From NCBI RefSeq assembly GCF_009914755.1, contig NC_060930.1: DNA of 64,000 nucleotides; one strand, 5' to 3'. The stretch comes from the human T2T-CHM13v2.0 reference genome, Homo sapiens. A model generated the notes under the pieces. It was not told where the DNA came from. It saw only the letters and a list, made by a program, of their open reading frames with translations, and did no database searches. Made by a program: the position numbers and the translations under genes. This document shows positions 1 through 13,637 of this stretch, piece by piece (within the stretch, counting starts at the first letter, position 1; each line of letters starts with the position of its first letter).

Positions 1-200
1 GAGTTTGAGTTTTCCTCATGATTAGATTCAGGTTATATGCTTTGCCCTCTTAAGCTAAATAAAAATGATGTCATATCCTTCTCAGAAGATCTGAGAAGGT
101 ATATGATGTGCTTTTGCCCTTTATCGGCAATGCTAAATTTGATCACTTGGTTCAGGTGTTAGCTGGTTTGTCTAGTTTCTTCACTACGTAGTTATCTGTT
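1..200 (-). mobile_element. Old L1 (L1MC-like) 3' fragment
   Basis: Motifs ttcctcatgattagattcaggttat and aatttgatcacttggtt resemble the antisense L1MC 3' UTR. Confidence 0.55.
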
Positions 201-1469
201 TTTGGATAAGAACTTGTAATCCCAAGTATTGAATAGGATTGTAGAAGAAAGAAACGGGAGGCCTTGAAAACTCAAAACTCTCAGTGGTTTAGTTCACATT
301 TGCAATTTTATGATGACTTGAACTGTCATCTTATGTAGTCCACAAGATTTTTCATCTCTAATAGATTAAGTTTAATCTATTCTAAATCTTTGGGTTATTT
401 CTAATAGTTTTAAGTCCTTAGACTATATTTTTAAAATAAAATATTTTGAATTGGATATACAGTGACGGAGGAGCAACTAAAGTTGGAAAGGCAGAAATTT
501 ATTTCATTGAAGTGCCTGTTTATTTACTTGGCAGATAATACATGTAAATCTTTCATCCTCAGAAACTGTGCAGATCAAAACCTATGTGGGTTAAGAGAAG
601 CTAGGTAAATTCAGTTGATGAATTTTTAGTTTTTAGGGGGAATTCGTAGGTCATAAGTGAACTATTTTTCCTGAAGTACTATAATACTGACTTACCAAAT
701 CTGCCTGGGTATGACTTAGTGTCAAAGGCATACTCTTGGAGTAAAAAGTATTTTCCATGTACCTTACATTCCTTTACTGCCATTCCTCTCAATGTTTATT
801 ATCAGTGAAATCACAAAGTATTCCCTCTAACTATTTTCTGGGTTCTTTGAACTTGTTATTTTAGGATAAACAAATATAAAGAGGTGGAAGAAAATTTCCC
901 CATGTAAATTCCAGTTGGTTTTGGAATCAAGCACAAAAATATATGACTGATATCCCTGGGGCCGTTACAAAGTTATATGATGCAGTAGTTGATGGATTCC
1001 TTCCCAACTAACTTGACATTAAGGCTTGGCAGAGAGCCCCGGGAGCCCCACAATCCCCTGGGAGCAGCCTTCTTCATTCTTCTCTCTAGGTTAACCCAGA
1101 ACTAGTCAAATACTATTAAAATGAAAATCAGTGTGTTCTCTAAGGGTTGAAAAGGTTATTCATACTGATAATTTGTCAGGTACCTGAAATCCTATCCTAT
1201 TAACAAACCTAAAGACTACTGTGAACGAGTTTAATTTGATTTTATCTTACATTAGCAGCCAGAGTTATCCAGGGGAAGATTGGAAGAAGGCTGTCTGGTG
1301 GTGCATCTCACTAGTGTGTAGAAACTACAGCAATCTTTTTGCCTGTAATCACCCAAAACATGGCTTTCGGGAGTCATGTAAGTCTCTTGATCACTTTGAC
1401 CATCAGAACTGCATTTCTTTTAGAAATCATAGTCAAAACTGTAGTTAAAATAAAAATTGTAAATTTGCC

Positions 1470-1760
1470 TGGTATTGAGTAAGCTTCTACTACATGCAAG
1501 GAACTGTGCTGGGTAGGACACTACATCTCAAGATGACTCCTGGGTGCTCCTTACTCAAGAGGCATGTAATCCAGAAAGGAAGAGGAAGTATGGTGCTGAC
1601 AGTACCACAGGACCGTGTGTCTCCACTGCTGTAAGAGCTATACAAAGGGCTGTTAAAACTTGGGGGCTTGTGAGTGGGATGGTCGAGGTCACTGTTAACA
1701 AAAAAGTAACTTTTAAGCTGAGCTTTTCACTACATGAAAGATATTGGGAGTGAGGTATGA
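1470..1760 (-). mobile_element. L2 fragment
   Basis: tattgag...ctactacatgcaaggaactgtgctggg...ttttaagctgag resembles the antisense L2 3' end. Confidence 0.5.
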
Positions 1761-2184
1761 GATGTTTTTAGAAAGTGATCGCAGTACAGTTGTAAAATCC
1801 AGGGTTTCTAGTGAACAATGAGAAAGACTTTTTACCAGGTGCTTTGGGCTCCATCAAGAGAATTCAACTGTATAATCCTCCTGGATCTACAGCCGCATTG
1901 GCCCTTGGGAATTTTCCTAGATAATAAACTGAGCCATCAGAAGTATGACATCTGTACTCAGTAGGCAAGGAGTGACGCAATCTAAGCAGTGCTGTAGAAA
2001 GATGAAATTAGTAAAAATATGCTAATTGCATCAGAGTGGAGAAAGGCTGCAGGCAGGAATTAAGACGGTAATGAAACAGTGTTGTTATGAAGTCTAAGAG
2101 TCTGTGCCTTGATGAGACTATGAGGGTAGTCAGAAAGGCAAGAGAAGTTGAAGGAAGAATCTCTATGACTTGTACACTGGATAA

Positions 2185-2420
2185 TACTGGTAGCTTACAT
2201 AGACCTTGTGTAGTGCTTGCCGCCTTGCACTGTTTTGGTGTTTTATATATGTTGTTTCATTTAATCTTCATGCCAACCCTGTGGGTAATGATTGTTTTTA
2301 TCCCCACTTTACATAAGAGGAAACTGAGGCACAAAGAGTATAACTTGCTCAAAGTGACACAATTAATGGTGGACTTAGGATTCAAAACCAAGAATTCTGC
2401 TTCCATACTCTGCTTCTTAA
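2185..2420 (-). mobile_element. MIR
   Basis: Core atttaatcttcatg...atccccactttacataagaggaaactgaggcaca...aacttgctcaaagtgacaca. Confidence 0.8.
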
Positions 2421-3496
2421 ATATTGTATCTATAATAAATTATAGTGGCAAGGGAGAAAGAAAATTAGTGCCTAAAATAAAGTTCTGAGAAACTTAATTA
2501 AAATATAGACTCCTCAATTTCTATTTTAAATCTATAGGATTTTAGAGCCAAAATTTTACTCATTTAAAGACAAAATTCTTTTAACTGGCGCTACAACTTA
2601 AAGACAAATTCCATGTTCATAGAGGTTTGAGGAGATAGAATGACTTACCAAATGCCTGATCCATGCCAGCGCCTAGGTAGGTGAACTAGTGGGAGCCATA
2701 GGCGAACACCAAAGTCCTGGCTGTTAAAAGGGGCATCTGTAGATGTTTAGGGTCAGAGTCTGGCACTGAGTCTTCTCTCTGCTTGCTCCTAGTAGCCCCT
2801 TTACCTTCCTAACAGTTCCCAGAGACCTTTTCTTTTTTAAACTCTATCCACCTGCCATGTTTCCCCCCGACTGCCCAAGACCAGCTTTAAGTATGATTTA
2901 GGGCCCAAGCTCCTTGTTGCTTTGCCCAAACTGCTTTTTCACTTTGACTTTTTTTGCTATTCTCTGTAGAAGACAGGAGAAAAACAGAATGAAAACTTTG
3001 AGGAAATTTACAAAGGTTAAAAAATATCATAGTCCCTCATTTTTAATTCTTAACTGTCTCACTAGATCTAAATGTCATTGTCCTAAAATATTTTTCTGGG
3101 AACATTTATGTATCAAGCATTGGTTAAAATGGCACCCCAAACCTCTGTAGCCCAATAACTCTCTTGTTTATTAATTAGTATGATGTTCCTTAACTTCACC
3201 ATATGTATCCACCCTTCCATTAATTTAGTGAACTCTTTTCCTTCTGCACCCAGGCCTAAGACAACAATGCATAAACTGCCTGAAATTGTGAGCAAGCTTT
3301 GTGCCCCATACTCTATCCAAAGACCGAGCAAGGGATGCCAGATGTCATTGGAAATAGAGTAAGATGGAAAAAACTTTAAAATCACAGCTGCTCTACGGGA
3401 GGACTCTATATGGGTTGTAACTGATTCTTTGAGAAACATCCTTGCTCCTTGTAACTGCCTTCTAAGGAGCGGGCGCCTAGTTAACTTCAAGTCTTT

Positions 3497-3651
3497 GTTT
3501 TTTTTGGAGATAGCATCTAGTTCTGTCTCCCAGGCTGGAGTGCAGTGGCACAAACACAGCTCCCTGCAGCCTCAAACTTGGGCTCAAATGATCCTCCAGC
3601 CTCAGCTTCCTGAAGTGCTGGGATTACAGACATAAGCCACTGCTCCTGGCC
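3497..3651 (-). mobile_element. Monomeric Alu (FRAM-like or arm-recombined AluJ)
   Basis: ~150 bp with a left-arm-type 5' end and right-arm-type 3' half; TSD aacttca(a/g)gtcttt on both sides. Confidence 0.85.
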
Positions 3652-3937
3652 AACTTCAGGTCTTTTTATTTGCCAAGTGGGGTGTACAAGCTAGGACACC
3701 ACTGCTGATGTGATTATCTTCTACTCCGTTCCTATAGTCCTCAGCTGATCCTCCAAAAACATCAGATATTTAAAGAATATTGGCTTTCATGGACACCAAA
3801 TAAGTAGTTTCTAAAAGGCTCCTGGGAGAGCATTTTATCTAACCCTAACTCTTGGTCAATGGTTCTTAACATTTTTTGAGAATAATTTTATATATGTGTG
3901 TTTATATAAATGTATATTTAATTATATTTAATATACA

Positions 3938-3974
3938 GATATGCATGCATGCGTGCACACACACACACACACAT
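3938..3974. repeat. (ATGC)n/(CA)n alternating purine-pyrimidine tract
   Basis: gatatgcatgcatgcgtgcacacacacacacacaca. Confidence 0.9.
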
Positions 3975-3994
3975 TTCCTAGAAAAAAAACAAAT

Positions 3995-4303
3995 TTGTCC
4001 AAAAATCTCCGACCGGATGATTCTCCGAAGTTACACCATCAACCTGTCCCTCTGAAGTCAAGCCGCTTCTCTCTAACATCCAACTGTGGTCCTGTCTACT
4101 GGCTGAATATGGGGTTTTTATATGTACAGGATGGGACGGGACAGGGCCATGGGTTGTTTAGGAAAAGGCAGTATTCGGGCGGGAAAACAGGGATATAAGT
4201 TCTCATTTTGGGCCACAGTTTCAGGCTTTTTAGCTTGAGGGTAGGGTTATGCCAGGGACCCACATTTTTCTGCCTAGAATTTCTCTGTCCCTTGTCCCTA
4301 TCA
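3995..4303 (-). mobile_element. ERV1 LTR 5' fragment (LTR27/MER52/LTR1 group)
   Basis: Reverse complement starts TGATAGGGACAAGGGACAGAGAAATTCTAGGCAGAAAA...CCCTCAAGC...TATATCCCTGTTTTCCCGC, matching the recalled 5' end of this LTR group. Confidence 0.7.
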
Positions 4304-4763
4304 ATGGGAACAACATAGTTGAACATCTGGCTAGTGACTATACTTCATATAAACCTATCAGAGAAAAACGGGTTCAAAAACAAAGATAGTACTTCCAGGA
4401 TCTGGGTCAACAGAGATCTGGGAAAGAAGGGCAAGAGACCACTGCACAATTAGTTCAATTAACCTGAAACTGGAGAAGACTTCATTTCCCCATAGAAATA
4501 GTTCATAAATAGTACATATAATTGAAAACCAACCATAATCTACAGATATGTAGTTAAATAATTGGTTTTCGGTTGTCATTTTGGGTTTTCTGGAAGTGAA
4601 GGTTCTAACAAAATGTAATTATTTATAATGGGAAAAGATGCAGTCTTACTTCAACCAACTTAATAAAGAACAAAGTTATGGAGCATAGCTAGTTCAAAAG
4701 TTAGGAAATGTCCTTATTATTTCCTGTTGCTTTCATTAATTAATACTTGGCTTCACAGCACTA

Positions 4764-5193
<430 letters not shown>

Positions 5194-5327
5194 TTACAGT
5201 ATATTATGCTTATGGAAATTAAAATCGTAGCATTTACTTCCCTTGATTTTTAAAGGAATAAAGCAAAAAGGATTAATTGACATTCTTTTCAACGTCAGTT
5301 GATGGTGAGATGAATGTTTTTTAATTA

Positions 5328-5653
<326 letters not shown>

Positions 5654-5689
5654 TGCAAATAGCAAATTAAAATAGGCATACATAATAAG

Positions 5690-5990
5690 TATGTGACTGT
5701 GTAGATCCTTTGGATTGGCCAGCAAAGCTCTCTCTGAGGAGGTGACATCTAAGTTAAATGTGAGTAAGGAGTAGCCTTGTGAAGATACTAGGAAAGAGGA
5801 GTTGAGGCTGAGGAAATAGCTACACAAACACCTTCAAAAGGAAATAAGCGTGGAGAAACAAAAAGGAACACCTTACAGCTTGAAGCGTCATGGGTGAGAA
5901 GACTTGTAGGAAATGAAGGAGGCCAGGTGGTCAAGAGTCAGATCATGGCAAGCTTTATAAGCCAGGTTAAGGTCTGTAGAGCAAAGTAAG
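5690..5990 (-). mobile_element. L2 fragment
   Basis: ctctctgaggaggtgacatctaag...cagatcatggcaagctttataagccaggttaagg. Confidence 0.5.
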
Positions 5991-6374
5991 CCATAAATAT
6001 TAATTCCTATATAGTGAGATTTGAGGACATTGGATTCTTGTTTGCCTCTGAAATATTGGGAATGCATAGCTACAACCAATTAAAATAGGAAGTTACGTAT
6101 GAGCTGAGATCATGGTGAGAAGAGAATAGCTTACTCTTGTTTTTTATTGCTATATAGCATGCCAGTGTTAGGGTTATCCTCATTCTTTGAATTTATGGAG
6201 AGACATCATCTAGTCATTAATGAAGAAAGTTTTTACAAGGGTGATGTCTTTGTAGCTATAAGTAAATAGACACCTGTTACCTTTCAGCTCATGATAAGAT
6301 AATGAATACAAGTGATATTATTGAACACCACAGTCATGTTAATTGGAAAACTAATTAAGAACCTTGTATGTTGA

Positions 6375-6480
6375 TAATAGGAACTAACATTTATTGAGTG
6401 ATTACTATATGCAGACACTGTACCAAGCATTTTATTGACATTTCATCTAATCTTCATGGCATTCCTACAATAGATGGTGT
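6375..6480 (-). mobile_element. MIR fragment
   Basis: actaacatttattgagtgattactatatgcagacactgtaccaagc...catctaatcttca. Confidence 0.65.
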
Positions 6481-6951
6481 GCATATCAAGGCTGTAAGTG
6501 AAGCCTGTATTTAAGAGCCAACTGGGCCAAAAGGGTAAGCACAACTTCAAAACATTTGATTGCTTTCCATACCTAGCATACACAGTTTCTTCTGTCTTTG
6601 AACACAGTTTTCATAAAATATAAAATCCATTGTGCTTAGAAAAACAAAACCTGAGTTGTAACATTCTACTTTCATAATTCCCTTTGCTGATAGAGACTGA
6701 TTTATGGATTATGGAGTTATATATTTTTCTACAGCCTCTGGAAGAAAGGAATGACACTCATATATATATGAAAGTATACATAAAACAGAATTTCTAGCCT
6801 TATCTCAAACTTTTTCACTTTTTATTTGTTCAGGGAATACTGTTAGATTATTATTTACCTTGTTCTATATATCAATTATTTCAAAAGAGAAATTCATGAA
6901 TGTCATATGTGTATGTGTGAACTAAGAATATATTTGTAAGTATACTAACAA

Positions 6952-7244
6952 TTTTTTCTTTTTTCTTTTTTTTTTTTTTTTTGAGACAGAGTCTCACTCT
7001 GTCACCCAGGTTGGAATGCAGTGGTGCAAAATAATGGCTCACTGCAGCCTCAACCTCCTGGGTCACACGATCCTCCTGCCTCAGCCTCCTAAGTAGTTGG
7101 GACTCCAGGCAAGCACCACAATGCCTAGCTAATTTTTTGTAGAGACAGGGTCTTACACTATTGCCCCAGCTGGTCTTAAACTCCTGGGCTCAAGCAGTCT
7201 TCCTGCCTCTGCCTCCCGATGTGCTGTGACTGCAGGCATGAGTG
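6952..7244 (-). mobile_element. AluJ (slightly 5'-truncated)
   Basis: Poly-T plus antisense dimer; TSD tactaacaatt at 6943 and 7245. Confidence 0.95.
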
Positions 7245-7977
7245 TACTAACAATTCTTCAAAGAGTAAGTCTGGTTTCAGATTTAGAAGGAAAGATTAAG
7301 ACAGATCTAGTTTCATTGTCTCTCAAATCCTGCCAAAATACATCATAGAGATTTTTAGTACAGGAGTTATTAACCCACAAATATAAAGAGGACAGGCTAG
7401 GAGAGGAAACCCCACAACAAGATTGTGACAGCTGGGGAGCAGCTAGAAATTGGCAACTCACCTCACCAACCTGAAGAAACCTAAATGCCAACCTAGCAGT
7501 GGGGAAAAACCAAAACCCAAGTTATGAACAAACTTGATATATACCAGAGAATCCTCAAATGGTCAAGGAATTGGCTGGCACTTTTGAAAGGGAGAATGAA
7601 GTAGGAAATGAGGGCACTAACATAAGAAGGATTGTTTAAAACTACTTAAGAAGCAGCAGCTGGATTGCCCCATTCCCTCCCCAGCTCAGGCGTACAGCTC
7701 AGGCATCTCCTCACTCACACCAACAGAAGACTGGAGGCTCATTCTTTGAGGGGAAAATGAAAAGTCTCTGGACTGAAGAACCTGTGGTACAGTTGAGGGC
7801 AAGGGGAATTCAGTGCCTATATGGATATCAAATGCCCTCTTTGTTCATTTAGCAGCTAGAATGCTGGCAGTCACACACGCCTTTCCTTGTTTGGGAAACC
7901 TGATCAGTTCAATACTTAGAGATGTTGACATCAGAGGTTCCATAATTAAACAATTCAACCAGATCATCCTATATTGA

Positions 7978-8324
<347 letters not shown>

Positions 8325-8393
8325 AGGCTCAGAACTTTCAATCAGCTTTTTTTTTTTCTGGGTCGGGGGGGCGGGGTTTAGATTAACTGATTC

Positions 8394-8694
8394 TTTTTTT
8401 TTTTTTTTTAAGTTCCGGGATACATGTGCAGAACGTGCAGGTTTGTTACATAGGTATACATGTGCCATGGTGGTTTGCTGCATCTGTCAACCCTTCATCT
8501 AGGTTTTAAGCCCCACAGGCATTAGGTATTTGTCCTAATGCTCTCCCTCCTTTTGCCCCCCACTCCCCTCGACAGGCCCTGGTGTGTGTTGGTCCTCTCC
8601 CTGTGTCCATGTATTCTCATTGTTCAGCTCCCACTTACGAGTGAGAACATGTGGTGTTTGGTTTTCTGTTCCTGTTTTAATTTGCTGAGGATGA
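8394..8694 (-). mobile_element. 5'-truncated L1PA 3' end (~300 bp)
   Basis: Poly-T then gatacatgtgcagaacgtgcaggtttgttacataggtatacatgtgccatggtggtttgctgca...gtgagaacatgtggtgtttggttttctg. Confidence 0.95.
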
Positions 8695-9832
8695 TCAATC
8701 AGCTTTTTAAGCCTCTTACTCTTAAACATAAGTAGCAAGTAAGGATTACCAAATTCCTGAGGAAAGCCCTAACTAACACAAAGGACAGGACCAAAGCAAA
8801 CAGAATAGGAATGGAGTGAGAGAGAAAATAAAAAATAAGAAAGAAACAGGACTGGGCAGGAAGACGAAAACTTAAAAAAAAAAAAAAGAAGTTACTGATA
8901 TTCTCAGATAAATGAGAGAAGATATTTTATTCATGAAATAAGATTGAGACATCAAAAAAGTGATTGGGAGAGCAAAAAATAATTCTTAGACATTAAAAAC
9001 ATGGTAGCAAAGGTAAAAATTCAATAGAATTGGAAGGTTAAAGTAGAGAAAATCTCTAGAAAGTAGAACCAAAAAAAAAAATAAGATGAAAAATAGAAGG
9101 AAAAATATAGAAAAATCAAAGAACAAATCTGGGAAGGGTCCAACATTCAAATAATAGGAATTCCAAAACAGGGTAAACAAAGAAAGGAAGAAATTGGCAA
9201 TGAATAATTCAAGGACATTTTTAATGACTGAAGGTCATGAATTAACAGACTGAAAGCAATCACCATGGACGCAGCATTATGGATGAAATGTAGACCCATG
9301 CCAAGACAAGAGAGAAAAGCCAGGTCACATTCAAAGGACCAGGACTCAAATTTCAAACTGACTTCAAACTTACCAACAGCACCCAGAGAAGAAATGAGTG
9401 ATTCCTTCCCTATTTTGAAGAAAAATGCTTTTCATCCTAGGATTTTGTACCCACCAAAGTATTCATCAGATTTCAGGATACTCCTTTCTCAGGAAGCCTT
9501 TCCAGAATTTTGGGCATCATGAAAACAAGAGAGTAAGCTAAGAAAGAAGATACGAAGATGTGGGATAAAGGAAACAGCAGACTCAGCACAGATGAGAGGT
9601 GAGCGAAATCTCCAGGATGATGGTAAATGGGACAGCCATGTATCAGAGCTGGAGAATAGACAGATTGAACCAGAATGTGCCAGAAAGGTCCAGAGGAAAC
9701 TTCTTCAAGAGGATGAAAGGATAGAATGCTTATTGTGAATGCACTTCTTGCGAGGTGATTTAGATAAGTGGAAGAGAACTTGGATTGAATTGGTCATAAA
9801 GACATAGATAACCAACTGAGCTGCTGCTGCTG

Positions 9833-9833
<1 letters not shown>

Positions 9834-9866
<33 letters not shown>

Positions 9867-10162
9867 GAGACAGGGCCTCTCTGTCTTCCAGGCTGGAGTG
9901 CAGTGGCACGATCATGGTCATGGCTCACTGCAACCTTGAACTCCCAGGCTCAAGCAATCCTCCCACCTCCCACCTTAGCCTCCTGAGTAGCTGGGTGTGA
10001 CGGTAGGTGCACCACCACACCTGGCTTTTTTTTTTTTTTTTTTGTAGAGACAGGGTCTTACTATCTTGTCCAGGCTGGTCTCAAACTTCTGGCCTCAAGC
10101 TATCCTCCCACCTTGGCCTACCAAAGTGCTGGGACTACAGGCATAAGTCACTGCACTTGTCC
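9834..10162 (-). mobile_element. AluJ
   Basis: Long poly-T, antisense dimer with T-rich linker. Confidence 0.95.
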
Positions 10163-13100
10163 ATCAAGCATATTTTTTAAATTACTAACTCCAGAGAAAA
10201 CAAAATATACAGACAAGAAAATATAATTAGGTATTACTTGGGTAAAATCTGAATAGCATGTGTATGATCATGGGAAGTGGAGGTAAGAAATATATACATA
10301 AATAGAGTGGGCAGGGGAGGGAATGCAAGCTCATCTTCCCTAGAGGGAAGTCAGGAGATAGTATCTAGTAGTAAGAAATTACCAATAGCAAAAATGACAT
10401 GTTACTTGGCAATATGGAGGTAAATACCAAAAGAATAAACTAAAAAGAGTTGAAGGTAGTTACTTCTAAGGAAGCAGAAATGGGAAAGGGAAGCTGGGAA
10501 GCTATGTGGAGCTGGTTGGTTCTTAGATCATATACATGGATAACTGATTTTGAAAAAACTGAAAAAATAAGCAGATGCTTTAGGGGGTTTAAGATTAACA
10601 GAGTTGCTAAAAACAAACAACATACACAAAAATAGACCAACTCTCCAAGATAGAATCTTATTTAGGTGTACATGAAAATAAAGAGCTAAAAAGATGCTAG
10701 AGCTGAAAAAGAAAAAGAAGCAAAAAGAACATGTAGCTTCCTCTACAATAAATAGAAAGAACTTCTAAATTGCCGAGGAATTTAAAACATAAAAGTAAAG
10801 ATGTTTATGGTCTTGGTTGTTAGTGATAGAAGAAGCCAATAGATCCAGACACTAGGTAAAGAGATGGGGTTTAATTTACTAATAAAATACACAGAGCAGA
10901 TACGCAAATCTTTTAAATGAATGAATGCTTATTAAAATATAGTTATTACAGTTTGAAAATATAAAGCACTATCTGTGTCAAAAGAATGTTTGGACTTTGA
11001 CATTGATTAAACTTACTTTAAGCATAACTCTTTTAAAATTATCACAATCAGGTAGTTCATTGAGCTCTTCTAAGATACTCCTGTCGTTTTACATTCTAAA
11101 CATGTTGTGTGTTAAACCAACTGGCTTTTTTTAAAAACACCTTAGGATCCTCTTCCAATGAAAAAAACAGAAAGCATACAGTATACGCAATAAGTGGATG
11201 GTTAGGACCTCTTGCTTCTTCAGTATGTCTCTCTGAAGAGTTAAGGAAAGCAGAGAAAGGTGGAGATAAGGTTGGCAGGGATGGGAGAGCAGTATCCCGA
11301 GGCTGAGTGGAGAGGCCTAGGCTAAGCCCCTGAAAGTATGCTTCTTGTGATGGGTGCAGGGCCTCTCTAAGAATGGAAAGGATGAATGAAGAATAGTAGG
11401 ACTTTAGCCTGCAGGAAGGTCTATAAGTGGTGGACCTGAGGCATCACTTTCTGCCTGTTTGCTCATTACTTAAAATGGTCAGGCCTGTCATTTGATACAG
11501 AAACCTACACTGTCTGGGCATCCTTTTCCCACTTGTGTGAACATGGGTTGATTTCTGAAAGAGTGATTATATAACACAAATTATATATAACTAGAGTTGC
11601 TTTAGGTGTTAGAATGGGTGCAAGGGGAAACTCAGCTACTTTATTTTTCTCTTGCTTTGCTCTTCTGTAATTTCCTAGCCTCTTGGTCCCCCTTTCCCCC
11701 CAACCCCCCTCCTACCCCTACACACATACATACCTGTACCCCTCCTGCCGAAGGCTTGACAGTGTTGCTTGGCAAAGAGCCAACTTCAGAAATTTTCATC
11801 CACTGGCTATCTCTGTGTAGTATCCCTTGCTCTACAACATAAAAAAGAAAATCAACTGATTTCTGAAGTGACATAAAGACGAGAGAATGGAGAAGATTGA
11901 GCTGTATATTAAATTGCTTTCTGGTTATCAAATAAAGACTCCTTTGTCATAAAGGCCAAAGATAAAAAAGAAAATGTGTATGTTTAATATATGGAACAAA
12001 AATAAGTCTATTTTTGACATAGTACTTGAGGAGAAGATGGGTCAAAAAGCCCAGCCACCCCTGAAATGAATTTTAGACTCTTATTATTGGTATGATGGGG
12101 CAGAGAGAGATATCAGTGATGGTTGCATTGCTGATAGAAATGATTTTTTACAGTAGGTGCTAAATTAGATGTAGAAAGGAGAGTTATCAAACCTACATTG
12201 TCATGTCTGACCTTCCAGGTCCCAGTCGAGGAATCATCATAAAAACGAGTTGTGGGCTTATCTAGAGATGCAGCAATAACTGGCACAGAACAATTTTCGA
12301 GCTTCTCTTCAAATGGGGTGACACCAGGGGTTATTCGGGGTAGGGAGGGAGATGCATTGGCTTTGATCAGTTTTTAGAACTGTATAGCAGCTTATCTGTG
12401 GGTCAGAGAAATTTCGTTTTCTCCATTCTTTTTTCATCACTTTTTCCCTTGGGTGCGATGTGGATTAGCGTCTGGAAGCTGGTATGAGGCTCTGAGCATT
12501 AATAGAGTTTGCGCAGATCCAGACTCTGTTTTCGCAATACTGGGCTCAAGCTCAGCCTCGCTGAATGTTAGATTCAGTAAAGGCACATTACCATCTCTCC
12601 ATAAATAAAAGGAAGAGAAATACTTAATGACAATGTAGAAATACATAGAACTCCAGGATACTAATTAGCAAAACTCACACTGCATTTATTTTATCCAGTT
12701 GCACAGTGTTACTCTCTCATAGTTATGTCTCTAACATAACTTCCTTTTTTAACTTTTTGTTTAATTATATTGCCTGTCTTTAAGAAAATAATTTATAGGT
12801 ATCAGGCATTATTATTAAGCAAATGGTAAAAAATAAATAAATAAATAAAACCACTTGCTGTCACCCTTCCTAATTTTAAAAAATTTATAACATAGCAGAA
12901 CTTTTAAAACAAAAATAAAAACAGTGTAGTACATAGACAGCAGCGAGTTTGTTGCCCCACACTATCTGCTAGGTTTTGAGGATGGGACAGACTTTGAGAG
13001 TTTTAGCACTGTAACTGCTAATTTTTCTAAAATAGCAGTGTGAGAATAGTTATCTTGTCATATGTTAAAGGAACATTTTAAATTTTAGAAATAACTGAAA

Positions 13101-13318
13101 CTTCTTCATGCATTGGTAATATTTATATCAAGAATGTATCTAGAAATACTAAAATTATTGGAAAGTAAAATTCAGCAAGACTTGGATTAAGCCCTATTTG
13201 CTTTGCTTTATCAAACAGTTTAGATTCAGGGTATTCAAAGGGGCAGGGAGGACATTGATGGGGACACAGTATTTATTCTTGTAGTCTCAGGTATTTGGGT
13301 ATAAAACCTAGTGTCTTC

Positions 13319-13637
13319 AGCCAGGTGTGGTGGTTCACACCTGTAGTGCTAGCACTTTGGGAGGCTGAGGCTGTTGGATTACCTGAGGTCAGGAGTTCAA
13401 GACCAGCCTGACCAACAGGGTGAAACCCCGTCTCTACTAAAAATACAAAAATAAGCTGGGTGTGGTGGCAGGCACCTGTAGCCCCAGCTACTTTGGAGGC
13501 TGACAGGAGAATTGCTTGAACCTGGGAGGCAGAGGTTGCAGTGAGCTGAGAGTGTGCCACTGCACTTCAGCCTGGTCGACAGAGCAAGACTCCGTCTCAA
13601 AAAACAAAAAAAAGAAACAAATACAAAAAAAAAAAAA
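13319..13637 (+). mobile_element. AluS (Sx-like)
   Basis: Dimer; TSD aaaacctagtg(t/c)ct. Confidence 0.95.

Noticed and set aside
71-106. Short inverted repeats (77-99, 360-381, 25592-25614, 57740-57770)
   Set aside because: Stems of only 10-12 bp; too short for pre-miRNA and hard to separate from background in AT-rich DNA.
9265-9522. ORF with an L1 ORF1p-like motif as a domesticated gene
   Set aside because: Short fragment of a decayed HAL1/L1 ORF1; the surrounding frame is disrupted.
9819-9834. (CTG)4-5 next to an Alu tail as an expandable repeat
   Set aside because: Too short to be notable.
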